From: an uncultured Clostridia bacterium
GTDB lineage: Bacteria; CAYTYR01; UBA6262
Direction of reading: 5' to 3'
DNA: 64,000 nucleotides
Assembly (NCBI GenBank): GCA_964441745.1
Contig: CAYTYR010000012.1
Location: 1-64,000, forward strand
Numbering within the stretch: position 1 is the first letter of the stretch; each line of letters begins with the position of its first letter. Shown here one piece after another: positions 1-9,560 of this stretch. The notes under the pieces are model-generated. The model did no database searches. It saw only the letters and a list, made by a program, of their open reading frames with translations, and was not told the DNA's origin. The position numbers were made by a program, and so were the translations under genes.

Positions 1-107
1 TGCCATAAGACAGGTTTGCCGCCAATTTCGACCATTGGTTTTGGTATAGTCTGGGTTTCCTCGCTAATTCTGGTTCCCAAGCCGCCTGCAAGTATTACGA
101 TTTTCAT
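1..107 (-). CDS. rfbF: Glucose-1-phosphate cytidylyltransferase, 5' part only (runs off the window)
   Basis: Hand translation [43 protein letters not shown] upstream; not in the ORF track. Confidence 0.85.
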   Translation of the reverse strand, partial: MKIVILAGGLGTRISEETQTIPKPMVEIGGKPVLW

Positions 108-117
108 CTTCCGCCTC

Positions 118-1446
118 CTACTTAGATTCCAATTCGCTTCCTCTCCCCACACCGGTATAAACAAATCCGAGTTTTTTCATTTCTTCAGGATTATATATAT
201 TCCTGCCGTCAATAATGACAGGGGTTTTCATCAGTTTATTGATCCTGGACAAGTCCAGGTTCCTAAACTCATTCCACTCCGTAATGATCAGTAAGGCGTC
301 ACAGTTTTTTGCTGTCTGGTAGGCATCAAGGCAAAAAGTAACATCTTTAATGCTTTTCCTGGCACTAGTCAAAGCAATTGGATCAAAAACCTTGATCACT
401 GCCTTTTTTCGCTTCAGGAAATCGATCACTGCCAACGCCGGCGCTTCCCGCAGATCATCAGTATTGGGTTTAAATGATAATCCTAATATACCGATCGTTT
501 TATCTTCGATTGACCCTAGTTTGGCGGTTATTTTCCGGCAGAACCTTTGTACCTGTTCTTCGTTCACCTTGATCGCCGCGGACACGATTTTCATATCATA
601 ACCTACCAGGCCTGATTGATACACCAAGCCATGGGTATCCTTGGGGAAGCAACTCCCGCCATAACCAATGCCTGAATGCAGGAATTTGCCGCCAATACGA
701 TTATCATAGCTCATGGCTTTAGCGATATCTTTGACATCTGCCCCCACTATTTCACAGACATTGGCAATCTCATTGATAAAAGAAATCTTAGTGGCCAAAA
801 AAGCATTGGCTGCGTATTTGGCTAATTCCGCAGTCTGGCAATTCGTAAAGACCATCGGCGTGCCGAGCAGGTAAAGCGGCCGGTAAAGCTCGCTCATCAC
901 CTGACGGACCGTGGCGCTTTCTGTTCCTACTATGATCCGGTTAGGATGGGTCGCATCAAAAACAGCTGCTCCCTCTCTCAGGAATTCAGGATTGGAAACA
1001 ACGTCAAATTTCACTTTTTTCTTTCTTTTTTTCAATGATTCATTAATAATTTTTGTGATCTTTTTACTGGTACCTACCGGGACAGTACTTTTGGTAACTA
1101 TGATCTTATAACCGTCAATACTCTCGCCTATATCCCTGGAAGCCTGTTCTATATAGGAGAGATCAATACTCCCGTCACGATGCGTTGGTGTGCCTACACA
1201 AATAAAGATCATATCATGGTTATTGATAACTTTTTTCAGATCTGAAGTAAAGGTAAGGCGGCCGTCTTTAATATTATTCTTAATAAGCTCATCAAGGCCT
1301 GGTTCATAGAATGGGACTTTACCTTTTTTAAGCTGCTTTACTTTTTCCTGGTCAATATCTACTCCGATCACCGTATTGCCGAAATCCGCAAAACAGGCGC
1401 TGGTCACTAAGCCAACATATCCTGAACCAATGACACAAATTTTCAT
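118..1446 (-). CDS. ugd: UDP-glucose/GDP-mannose 6-dehydrogenase
   Basis: GSGYVG NAD motif, [33 protein letters not shown]. Confidence 0.95.
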   Translation of the reverse strand: MKICVIGSGYVGLVTSACFADFGNTVIGVDIDQEKVKQLKKGKVPFYEPGLDELIKNNIKDGRLTFTSDLKKVINNHDMIFICVGTPTHRDGSIDLSYIEQASRDIGESIDGYKIIVTKSTVPVGTSKKITKIINESLKKRKKKVKFDVVSNPEFLREGAAVFDATHPNRIIVGTESATVRQVMSELYRPLYLLGTPMVFTNCQTAELAKYAANAFLATKISFINEIANVCEIVGADVKDIAKAMSYDNRIGGKFLHSGIGYGGSCFPKDTHGLVYQSGLVGYDMKIVSAAIKVNEEQVQRFCRKITAKLGSIEDKTIGILGLSFKPNTDDLREAPALAVIDFLKRKKAVIKVFDPIALTSARKSIKDVTFCLDAYQTAKNCDALLIITEWNEFRNLDLSRINKLMKTPVIIDGRNIYNPEEMKKLGFVYTGVGRGSELESK

Positions 1447-2762
1447 TTATTCTTTCCCTCCATGCTCAGCGCGGCATATCCACCTAAGACCAGGCTGATC
1501 ACCAGAGCTACCAGCACATTCAACTTCTTTTTAGGTAAATACGGCTGTAGCGGGACAGAGGCAGCCTTTATTATCCTTAACTGCCCCATTTTAGTACCGG
1601 CTGCCACTTTAATTTCCGCTTCCTTCTGGGTTAAAATCATATAGGTATTTTTAGCTGTTTCAGAAAGTCTCTTCAATTCAGCTTTTTTGAGGTTTTCCTG
1701 GCTGTATTTGCCTTTCAGCTGGGAAATCTGGGGTTTAAGCACAGGCAGGTAACCAAGCAGATATTCTTTCCTGCTGTTTAGATTATCCCTGATCATTTTT
1801 AATGCTGCTACTTGCTGGGTGAAATTCTGCGGTAAGTTGTCAAGCTGAAGGATTTGGCTGGAATAGTAATTGGAGCTGGTTTGTGTAGGACTATTGTCAG
1901 TCTCGGTTTTCCAATCTTCATCTAGTTTAATCTCACCGGAAATAGAATTGCTTTCCAATAGCCTTTTTTGCACATCCTGCAGGAACATTCTATTGGCTAA
2001 TTCAAGCGCGGCAGTACTTTCGCCTTGTTCTTTCGTTTTCAGCTCAAGCTGATTTAGATAATTATTGATTTCACCGGCGATCACTGCCGCCTTTTCTGCT
2101 TTTTGTTCCAACTCTGCAACCAGGTTTATTTTAGCTGATAACTCTTTTTGGTATAATTCAAGGTTGCTGCCGCTATCAAACTTCGTTAAGTTAGTGTTTA
2201 CCTGGGTCATGGTTGATTTAGCTTGCTCTAACTCTTTAGCCACAAATGTACCCGCATCCCTGTTGTCTAAGCTGTTCAATTCCTCTACCTGGTCGATCAG
2301 GTATTGGCTCCATAAATTGGCTATTTCTGCGGACTCGACTGGATCGGTATCATCAATTTTAAGGTCCAGTAATCCGGTATCCTTATCCATCCGAACATTC
2401 ACTTTACCTTGCAAATCACCGGGCTTCAATTTTGCGTATTGTTCCCCTCTGGCCTGCAGGGCAGCTAATACTTTTTGGACCAGGTTCCCGTCTTTTACAA
2501 TGCTTTCCAGCACTTCCACAGATTGTAAAGGCAAGGGAGTGGTTTCAATTTTAGGATCCCCAGGCTTATAAAAATTAATATTGTATGCTGGCTTGCTTAA
2601 CAACAAAGAAACTGAAGACCGGTAAACCGGTTTCATCATACTATTCAGAACCACAGCTAAGGCCAGTGCTATAACCACAAACAATAGCATTAGGACTTTA
2701 CGGCGCCATAAAATTCCCAGTATATCAATTAAGTTGAGTTCTTGCTCTCTGAACGAGGACAT
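1443..2762 (-). CDS. Polysaccharide chain-length determinant (Wzz/GumC-like)
   Basis: N-terminal 'ELNLIDILGILWRRK' plus TM, coiled-coil middle, C-terminal P-rich PKKK plus TM. Confidence 0.85.
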   Translation of the reverse strand: MSSFREQELNLIDILGILWRRKVLMLLFVVIALALAVVLNSMMKPVYRSSVSLLLSKPAYNINFYKPGDPKIETTPLPLQSVEVLESIVKDGNLVQKVLAALQARGEQYAKLKPGDLQGKVNVRMDKDTGLLDLKIDDTDPVESAEIANLWSQYLIDQVEELNSLDNRDAGTFVAKELEQAKSTMTQVNTNLTKFDSGSNLELYQKELSAKINLVAELEQKAEKAAVIAGEINNYLNQLELKTKEQGESTAALELANRMFLQDVQKRLLESNSISGEIKLDEDWKTETDNSPTQTSSNYYSSQILQLDNLPQNFTQQVAALKMIRDNLNSRKEYLLGYLPVLKPQISQLKGKYSQENLKKAELKRLSETAKNTYMILTQKEAEIKVAAGTKMGQLRIIKAASVPLQPYLPKKKLNVLVALVISLVLGGYAALSMEGKNK

Positions 2763-2785
2763 TTTATTACCCCCTTTTGTAAAAC

Positions 2786-2828
2786 AAATTCAAAATTCTA
2801 AGTTCTAAATTCTAAACAAGTCAATTCT
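2786..2828. repeat. Heptamer array half-site, AAATTCT type (family C)
   Basis: aaattc aaaattct aagttct aaattct aaacaa. Confidence 0.6.
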
Positions 2829-3779
2829 TTATAATTCCTGATCTAAGATTGCCTTAAAACTTCTGGCATTAAAATCAAGGATGACCTTGTTGCCTTGTAC
2901 CGTTACCGTATGTTTATACACTAATTGGGAATAAGCATACTTACGCTTGACCACTTCACCCAGGAACTGGGCATCATTTTGCATCAACTTTACCTTAGAC
3001 GGGTCGCTGCATTTGAAAAACAGCTTACCCTTAACCTCGTCATCAGTTACCAGGGTAAAAGTCAGCAGTAATGATTCCAGCCATTGGCTGGACATAAGCG
3101 CTACCATCTTATTATCTGTTTCCCATTTTTTCAGCTCTTGCGAAAACCGGCGGCTTTTATTGTTGATAAATATATAACCTTCATAACCTTTGGGTATTGC
3201 GCTTGATAACTCTTTAAAAGCAGGAGTCGTGACAATATTGCTTCCGGTCTGTTTTGCTTCCAGGCAGGTAGAAACAAGTCCGCTATTACTTGCTAATATG
3301 ACCCGGTCACCTTGCACGGAAAATGCGGTTAAATGGTTATTACTTTCTGCCTGGCTGTCAAAATAAACATTCTGCCGGGCCGCCTCTTTCTTTTGCCAGC
3401 CAGGATTAATGCTGACAAAATTCCCTAAATTATCGATCAGGAACTTGTTAAATCTTTCTTTTTCTCCTTCCAAGTCTGGGAACACCGCCAATATATTTTT
3501 CCAGCCTGCCTCTGTTGGAAAACTCCCTCCGGCGATCTGTTTAAAAGTAAATTGCTTGAATAAGTATGCTATCAACAGGTAATTCGGGTCATCCTGATGC
3601 TGAGCTATTTTTCCCTGATAAGTCTTGATCAAGGAGCGCCAAGCGGTACTGGTGTTCAAATTCTTCAGGCTAAAGATGACCTCGGCATTCTTTGGGACAT
3701 AGCCGACCAATTCCTCAGCCTGAACGGGAGAAGCGCTAAGCAAACAATATAAGACTAGTAACCAGAGAGACTTCTTCAT
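2829..3779 (-). CDS. Exported hypothetical protein, paralog of 3779..4669
   Basis: ATG 3779 overlaps the upstream TAA (TAATG); signal peptide MKKSLWLLVLYCLLSASPVQA; C-terminal similarity to the neighbour. Confidence 0.75.
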   Translation of the reverse strand: MKKSLWLLVLYCLLSASPVQAEELVGYVPKNAEVIFSLKNLNTSTAWRSLIKTYQGKIAQHQDDPNYLLIAYLFKQFTFKQIAGGSFPTEAGWKNILAVFPDLEGEKERFNKFLIDNLGNFVSINPGWQKKEAARQNVYFDSQAESNNHLTAFSVQGDRVILASNSGLVSTCLEAKQTGSNIVTTPAFKELSSAIPKGYEGYIFINNKSRRFSQELKKWETDNKMVALMSSQWLESLLLTFTLVTDDEVKGKLFFKCSDPSKVKLMQNDAQFLGEVVKRKYAYSQLVYKHTVTVQGNKVILDFNARSFKAILDQEL

Positions 3780-4669
3780 TATATCTGCTGCCAAATCTTA
3801 TTTAATTCCTTTACCTGGTAATTGATCTCTACAAAATTAGCCAGGGAGCTCGCCTCTCCTTCATAGGTCAGGCTATACCCCAGGAGCAATCTCATCAGCA
3901 AATTATTCAGGAAAAATGCGTCTAAGCCTATTTTATCGACATCAGCAATGTTCTTGGAGGCAAAAGACATCTTACCCTTGACCATATCAGCGCTGACCAA
4001 AGTACCGTTTACCTGGACATAATCAACTAAATCAATGGAAGGGAAAAAAGCAAAACTGTTTTTGCTTTCCATTAACTTGACCAGGGCGCTTAATTCCTTT
4101 TTTTTGTTAGGCAGGTAGATGTTCAATTCTTCCCGGGCAGACTGTTTAAAAAGAGCTTTTAAACTGGCTAAGCCATCTGCCAGCACAGGTTCATTATTAC
4201 TATTTGCCGCCTTGAGGATCACCAGGTTATTGATTATTTTGAATTGCTTATTCTCCTTAAAACCACGATAAGAAGCTATGCTAGCAGCGAGACTAACTAA
4301 CCGCGTTTTTTTACCCAGATCAATAATAATACTATAATCAGGTTCTTTGCTTAAGCGCGCATCTTCACCACTGTATATTACCCCGAACAATATATCTTGC
4401 GGGAGCAAGTAAAGGACTAGTTTTTTTATCAAACTATTATTCAATTGGGGATTAGCCGCGATCGTTTTTCGCCAAAAAACATCAAAGAGCTGAGCTGGCC
4501 CTTTTTGGTCCCAGTCAACACTTAGTTGTCCATAAAGCAGTGAATCTGCCGGCAAAAACTGGAATCTATCTTCCTGCTTTTGCGGCCAGTTATACCAAAT
4601 CACGGCAATTAGCAGTATAACAAGCAGTCCTATACTAATAAAACGGAGGGTTTTCTTTATTTTCTTCAT
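3779..4669 (-). CDS. Membrane-anchored hypothetical protein, paralog of 2829..3779
   Basis: 296-aa ORF, N-terminal TM anchor, overlaps the rfbD stop. Confidence 0.75.
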   Translation of the reverse strand: MKKIKKTLRFISIGLLVILLIAVIWYNWPQKQEDRFQFLPADSLLYGQLSVDWDQKGPAQLFDVFWRKTIAANPQLNNSLIKKLVLYLLPQDILFGVIYSGEDARLSKEPDYSIIIDLGKKTRLVSLAASIASYRGFKENKQFKIINNLVILKAANSNNEPVLADGLASLKALFKQSAREELNIYLPNKKKELSALVKLMESKNSFAFFPSIDLVDYVQVNGTLVSADMVKGKMSFASKNIADVDKIGLDAFFLNNLLMRLLLGYSLTYEGEASSLANFVEINYQVKELNKIWQQI

Positions 4670-5580
4670 TGTTTTAGATACCGTTTTAGCGCATCCTGCC
4701 AGGTTGGCAGAAGCGGGAAATTATGCAGTTTCCAATTAAAATTACCCAACACCGAGTTGGTAGGCCGGGGAGCAAGCCGGTTTACCTGTTGTGTACTGAC
4801 CGGCTCGACATTATCTTTGGCTCCGCTTTGTTTTACTATCTCCCTGGCAAAATCAAACCAGGAACAAGAACCACTGTTGGTAATATGCCAGATACCGTAC
4901 AAGCCAGTTGATAGTTCCCGCCCAACAAACTTTGGCGGGCAGGGATTATTGATAGTTAATAACTGCTTAATAGCGTTTGCCAAGTCTACAGTATAAGTTG
5001 GGGAACCGAACTGGTCATTAACTACTTTCAAGTCATGTTTATTCTGTACTTGCGATTGGATAGCCGCGACAAAGTTTTTGCCATGCTTACCAAAAAGCCA
5101 GCTGGAGCGGATGATCATAAACCTGTTGATCAGCCATTGGGTGTATAACTCCCCCCAATACTTGCTTTTAGCGTAGGTTCCCAAGGGATCAGGTTGATCT
5201 ATTTCCAAGTAAGGCTCTTTTTTCTGCCCGTTAAATACATAATCAGTACTGATATAGATCAAAGCTGAATCAAACCTCTGGCAGGCTAATGCTACATTCC
5301 TGGTGCCCAGGGAATTTATCCGGTAAGCTTGTTCTGGCTCGTTTTCCGCCCCATCCACATTTGTGTAGGCAGCAGCGTGTATCACTAATTCCGGATTAAG
5401 CCTGGTGATAACATCATAGGTTGCTTTCGTATCAGTAATGTCCAGCAACTGGTATTTAGTATTAGGTATCTCTATGAGGGGCTTCCTGATGTCCAGTCCA
5501 AAAAGTTCATGTTCTCCGGCCAGTGTCTGTAATAAGTCAGTCCCCAGCATACCGCTAGCTCCAGTTATGGCAATCCTCAT
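4666..5580 (-). CDS. rfbD: dTDP-4-dehydrorhamnose reductase, with an in-frame repeat/hairpin insert
   Basis: TGASGMLG, HAAAYTNVDGAE, ISTDYVF, YAKSK, DQFGSPT. Confidence 0.95.
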   Translation of the reverse strand: MRIAITGASGMLGTDLLQTLAGEHELFGLDIRKPLIEIPNTKYQLLDITDTKATYDVITRLNPELVIHAAAYTNVDGAENEPEQAYRINSLGTRNVALACQRFDSALIYISTDYVFNGQKKEPYLEIDQPDPLGTYAKSKYWGELYTQWLINRFMIIRSSWLFGKHGKNFVAAIQSQVQNKHDLKVVNDQFGSPTYTVDLANAIKQLLTINNPCPPKFVGRELSTGLYGIWHITNSGSCSWFDFAREIVKQSGAKDNVEPVSTQQVNRLAPRPTNSVLGNFNWKLHNFPLLPTWQDALKRYLKQ

Positions 5581-5606
5581 TACAACTCCAATTCGCTAAT
5601 AGAATT

Positions 5607-5731
5607 AAGTGCGCTTATAGCATATGGCTTATTGCTTATGGCAGAAGCATTTTCGGTTTGGTCTTTGCTATAGGCTATATGCCATTCGCTATTTGCGTCT
5701 TTTTCTTTATGGCCATTTGCTATATGCTATC
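5607..5731. repeat. Palindromic heptamer-arm element, family B (empty)
   Basis: Left arm gcttata gcatatg gcttatt gcttatg gc; right arm gctatag gctatat gccattc gctattt gc plus a second right-arm unit. Confidence 0.85.
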
Positions 5732-7796
5732 AGCGCTCCTGTTTTTGCGTCTTTAATTTTCCCCACCACTGCTGATTTTCCTTATACCAGGTGATAGTGT
5801 CTTGAAGCGCCTGATTAAAATCATGTTGCGGTTTCCAGCCCAATTCACTTCTGAGCTTGAAGCAATCCAGAGCATAACGGCGGTCATGACCCAGACGGTC
5901 AGTAACTACCTTAATAAATTCATCACCCTTGCCCAACAGATCCAGGATCTTTTTAGTTAACTCAATATTAGACAGCTCATTGCTGCCCCCAATATTATAA
6001 ATCTCTCCTGTTTTTCCTTTATGCATCACCTGGTCGATAGCCTCGCAATTATCCAGCACATAAACCCAATCACGTACATTCTTGCCATCACCATAAAGAG
6101 GCACTGGTTTGTCTTCCAGGATATTGGTAATAAAAAGAGGCATTACTTTTTCCGGGAACTGGTATGGCCCAAAATTATTGCTGGAACGAGTGATGATTAC
6201 TGGCAACTGGTAGGTAGTATAATACGACATAGCCAATAGGTCCGCGCTCGCTTTAGAAGCTGAATATGGGCTTGAAGGCTTCAGGTTATCAGCTTCTTTG
6301 AATGCCCCTTTTTCGATAGATCCGTAAACTTCATCCGTATTACCACAAAAATCAAATCTACCATTCCTTTCCACTAAAAAATTTTTATTATCTTTGACTT
6401 TCAAGCACCAGACATCTCCATTATAATCAACTATTTTATTTCTATGACGGCTTATTGATTTAGTAGTATTAGCAATGAAAATATAATATGCACTACCCTC
6501 TATCTTTCTTCCATCTATAAAAGATGTTGTGTATCTGTTGTGTATGCTTGGTTTAAGATTTAACTTTATGCAAAGTTCACAAATATCCGCAACCAATTTT
6601 TTAGAAACAGTATGGTATATAACTCCGCGAGAACCATCAGCATCCAATAAGCCTTCCAATAAATGTTTTAAGTATTTTGGTGAATAATCTAATGCCCATC
6701 GAGGAATATGTTTATTATATGCTCCTTTCCCACATTGAGCAAAAAACTCCATAAATATTTTTGAAGTAAAATACAAATGCGTACCTGCTTTCCCTTGGTG
6801 ATAATGATATTTTATGCCTAAATTACACAAAGCCTCTTCAACCTTTTTGCGGCATTTATCATTTTCTGGGATATCAAAAAATATTCTATAGCTATGGCAT
6901 GTGGATTTATGGTTATCTTGCTTCTCTATTTTTTTAAATCTACCGTTAATTATATCTCTTGAATTTTTGAGAAATTCTTCTCTTGCTAAACCTGTTTTTG
7001 TCTCAACTTCCTTTTCCTGATAAGCAATAAATCCATCGCCAATAAAAACACCCAAAATATACATTAAATCTTTTGTTTTAACTTTCCCATAACCTCTTAT
7101 ATTAAAATGTTTTTTACTTTTACCCTTCCAATAGCCTTCTGGCATATAAAATATACTTCTTTTTGAAGAATTTTCAGCAATCTCAATAATTAATTTCTTT
7201 TTAGTATTAAAAATAAACATATTATGATTAGGAGTTACAAGTAAATCAATTCGTTGATTATTAAAATGAATCATTTTCCCCTTATAAGGTTGAACAATAA
7301 CTTTTTCAATAGGTTTAATCTCTATTTCTTGCGTAACAGGATTCAGTGAAAAAACAAGATCTCCATCCTGTAATTCTTTATATGTCTTTATTCCCTCTGT
7401 AGTTAAAGCTCTTGTTTTTTCATCATAACAACTAACCTGGATATATTTGCCGATATTATTCTTCTTAGCCGCTTCCAACAAGGTATAGGTCCCGAACACG
7501 TTGGTCTTAACAAAATCTCCCGCATTGACGATAGAACGGTCAACATGGGTTTCCGCGGCAAAATTAACAATAATCTGGGCTTTTTTGACGCATTTAGCGA
7601 CTATTTTCGGATCAGCGATATCTCCTTTGACAAATTCATACCGTTTGTTTTTTTCCAGATCCGCCAGATTTTCCAGATTTCCCGCGTAAGTTAATTTGTC
7701 CAAATTAATAATTTCATAATCAGGATATTTTTTCAGCATCTGCCTGATAAAATTAGATCCGATAAAACCCGCCCCGCCTGTCACTAAAATCTTCAC
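5730..7796 (-). CDS. rfbB: dTDP-glucose 4,6-dehydratase precursor containing an intein
   Basis: TGGAGFIGS, AAETHVDRS, VS|TDEVYG split by a 364-aa insert, YSASKA, DRLGHDRRY; 324 aa after removing the insert. Confidence 0.95.
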   Translation of the reverse strand: MKILVTGGAGFIGSNFIRQMLKKYPDYEIINLDKLTYAGNLENLADLEKNKRYEFVKGDIADPKIVAKCVKKAQIIVNFAAETHVDRSIVNAGDFVKTNVFGTYTLLEAAKKNNIGKYIQVSCYDEKTRALTTEGIKTYKELQDGDLVFSLNPVTQEIEIKPIEKVIVQPYKGKMIHFNNQRIDLLVTPNHNMFIFNTKKKLIIEIAENSSKRSIFYMPEGYWKGKSKKHFNIRGYGKVKTKDLMYILGVFIGDGFIAYQEKEVETKTGLAREEFLKNSRDIINGRFKKIEKQDNHKSTCHSYRIFFDIPENDKCRKKVEEALCNLGIKYHYHQGKAGTHLYFTSKIFMEFFAQCGKGAYNKHIPRWALDYSPKYLKHLLEGLLDADGSRGVIYHTVSKKLVADICELCIKLNLKPSIHNRYTTSFIDGRKIEGSAYYIFIANTTKSISRHRNKIVDYNGDVWCLKVKDNKNFLVERNGRFDFCGNTDEVYGSIEKGAFKEADNLKPSSPYSASKASADLLAMSYYTTYQLPVIITRSSNNFGPYQFPEKVMPLFITNILEDKPVPLYGDGKNVRDWVYVLDNCEAIDQVMHKGKTGEIYNIGGSNELSNIELTKKILDLLGKGDEFIKVVTDRLGHDRRYALDCFKLRSELGWKPQHDFNQALQDTITWYKENQQWWGKLKTQKQER
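6339..7430 (-). mobile_element. Intein with LAGLIDADG homing endonuclease in rfbB
   Basis: Starts CYDEKT, block B VTPNH, LAGLIDADG-like ILGVFIGDG and LLEGLLDADG, block F VWCLKV, ends CGN followed by Thr; visibly more AT-rich than the flanks. Confidence 0.93.
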
Positions 7797-7816
7797 TGCT
7801 CTTCCCTCCGTTTTTC

Positions 7817-7840
7817 TGTACGCTGTACGCTGAACGCTGT
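7817..7840. repeat. Heptamer array half-site (TACGCTG type)
   Basis: tgtacgc tgtacgc tgaacgc tgt between rfbC stop and rfbB RBS. Confidence 0.65.
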
Positions 7841-7848
7841 TCCCTGAA

Positions 7849-8310
7849 CTACCATCCTTTTTTCCCCTGCCAGGGTTTGTAAGGCACTTCTTTAGAATCC
7901 AGAGTTAGGCGGCGCTCATCTGGCTGATTATAATTATACAATTGGTTTGGTATGTTCATGATCCAGGCTTCATCCGCCGAAAGGCACTCAAAACCATGGA
8001 CTACGCCTACCGGGATAACTAACGCCTGCGGTTTTTCTGCGCTCAGTTCAAATTCATTGATTTCATTTTTTGTTGCCGATTCTTCCCTCCGGTCAAAGAG
8101 CACGATCTTAGCCTTACCGCGTAAAACACAGAAATAATCCTGCTGTTTCAAGTGATAATGCCAGCCCTTGACCCAGCCGGGATGGCAAACAGTGATATAA
8201 GTCTGTCCAAAAGCCTTAAACTCCGGGTAATCACTGCGCAGTATCTCAAATAAAGCTCCCCGTTCATCCTTATGCACTACCAAGTCTTTCAGCACTACCC
8301 CTGCTATCAT
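7849..8310 (-). CDS. rfbC: dTDP-4-dehydrorhamnose 3,5-epimerase family (cupin)
   Basis: HKDERG, KGWHYH, IPVGVVHGF; ATG 8310 with GGAGG RBS. Confidence 0.85.
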   Translation of the reverse strand: MIAGVVLKDLVVHKDERGALFEILRSDYPEFKAFGQTYITVCHPGWVKGWHYHLKQQDYFCVLRGKAKIVLFDRREESATKNEINEFELSAEKPQALVIPVGVVHGFECLSADEAWIMNIPNQLYNYNQPDERRLTLDSKEVPYKPWQGKKGW

Positions 8311-8335
8311 AATCAAATCCTCCTTTCTTTCTCTC

Positions 8336-8369
8336 TATACGCTATCCGCTACACGCTTTACGCCGATTT
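8336..8369. repeat. Family A heptamer right arm only
   Basis: tacgcta tccgcta cacgctt tacgccg atttt; the end 'gctttacgccgatttt' recurs at 45471-45486. Confidence 0.8.
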
Positions 8370-9431
8370 TTAAAGCACTTCAATCTTTGAACTGTCCCCT
8401 ACCATGATGCGGTAGGCTTGCGGCCGGGAATGTGATTTCTTTACTTCCACATTCTGCCCGATCAAACTATCTTCAATTCTTTTAATATCGATAATATGGC
8501 TGTTTTCCAGGACAATACTATGCTCGATCTCGCTTGATTCAATGCAGGCGCCAAAATATATTGCTGAGTAGGGGCCAATGTAAGAATTAATGATCTTAGC
8601 ATTTTCACCGATTATCGCTGGTCCGCGGACAACGCTATTTTCGATGATCGCTCCCTTTTCAATAACTACTTTGCCTTCAATTTTTGATTTTTCATCAATC
8701 CGGCCATCATTTTTGAACATAAAGGTATCCAGGATAATGCTATTAGCTTCCAGCATATCTTCCAGCTTGCCGGTATCTTTCCACCAGCCGGTGATGATAT
8801 GCGGATGGACCTTCATTTTTGTATCAATGAGGTATTGGATAGCATCGGTAATTTCTAATTCATTCCTGACGCTTGGCTTGATATTGTCAACAGCCTCGAA
8901 AATCGACTGATCAAACATATATACGCCGCATAAAGCCAGGTCACTCCGGGGATGCTGTGGTTTCTCTACCAACCGGATCACCCGGCCTTCCAATAGCTCC
9001 GCGACTCCAAATTGTTCCGGATGAGGCACATGAGCCAGAAGTATCTGGGCATTTGGCTTTTTAGCTTTAAATTCTTCAACCAGGGATTTGATACCATCCT
9101 TTATCAGGTTATCACCCAGATACAGGACAAAACTTTCCTGGCCGATAAATCCCTGTGAGATCTTGACTGCATGGGCTAATCCTAAAGGTTCATCTTGCTC
9201 AATATAGGTGATCTTTACGCCCCATTTGCTGCCATCGCCGACTGCCTGCCTGATCTCATCCTTGGTCTCACCGATCACAATACCTATTTCAGTAATCCCC
9301 GCTTCCTTGATCGCTTCAATGCCATAAAATAGTATTGGTTTATTGGCGATCGGGATCAGTTGTTTGGCATTGGTGTGGGTGATGGGCCGAAGCCTGGTCC
9401 CTTTGCCGCCGCTAAGAATAAGCGCTTTCAT
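8370..9431 (-). CDS. rfbA: Glucose-1-phosphate thymidylyltransferase (long form)
   Basis: LSGGKGTRLRPIT, KQLIPIANKP, GLAHAV, ELEITDA, WWKDTG. Confidence 0.93.
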   Translation of the reverse strand: MKALILSGGKGTRLRPITHTNAKQLIPIANKPILFYGIEAIKEAGITEIGIVIGETKDEIRQAVGDGSKWGVKITYIEQDEPLGLAHAVKISQGFIGQESFVLYLGDNLIKDGIKSLVEEFKAKKPNAQILLAHVPHPEQFGVAELLEGRVIRLVEKPQHPRSDLALCGVYMFDQSIFEAVDNIKPSVRNELEITDAIQYLIDTKMKVHPHIITGWWKDTGKLEDMLEANSIILDTFMFKNDGRIDEKSKIEGKVVIEKGAIIENSVVRGPAIIGENAKIINSYIGPYSAIYFGACIESSEIEHSIVLENSHIIDIKRIEDSLIGQNVEVKKSHSRPQAYRIMVGDSSKIEVL

Positions 9432-9444
9432 TTAAACCTCTCGT

Positions 9445-9560
9445 AAAGTTTGATAGTGGTAGAAGTACAGCAAGATGATCACGCTGGTGGTAAAGTGGCA
9501 TTAAAAATAATCATCTTCTACTTACCACTCTATCACTTACCACTTTAACACTTCTAACTT
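9445..9560. repeat. Palindromic short-period element, GTGGTAA/TTACCAC type (family D)
   Basis: Left agtggtag...gtggtaaagtgg; right acttaccactctatcacttaccactttaacac. Confidence 0.65.

Noticed and set aside
5451-5490. Possible second heptamer insert in rfbD (ATACCTA ATACTAA ATACCAG)
   Set aside because: Only three weak units in a naturally variable region; not strong enough to call
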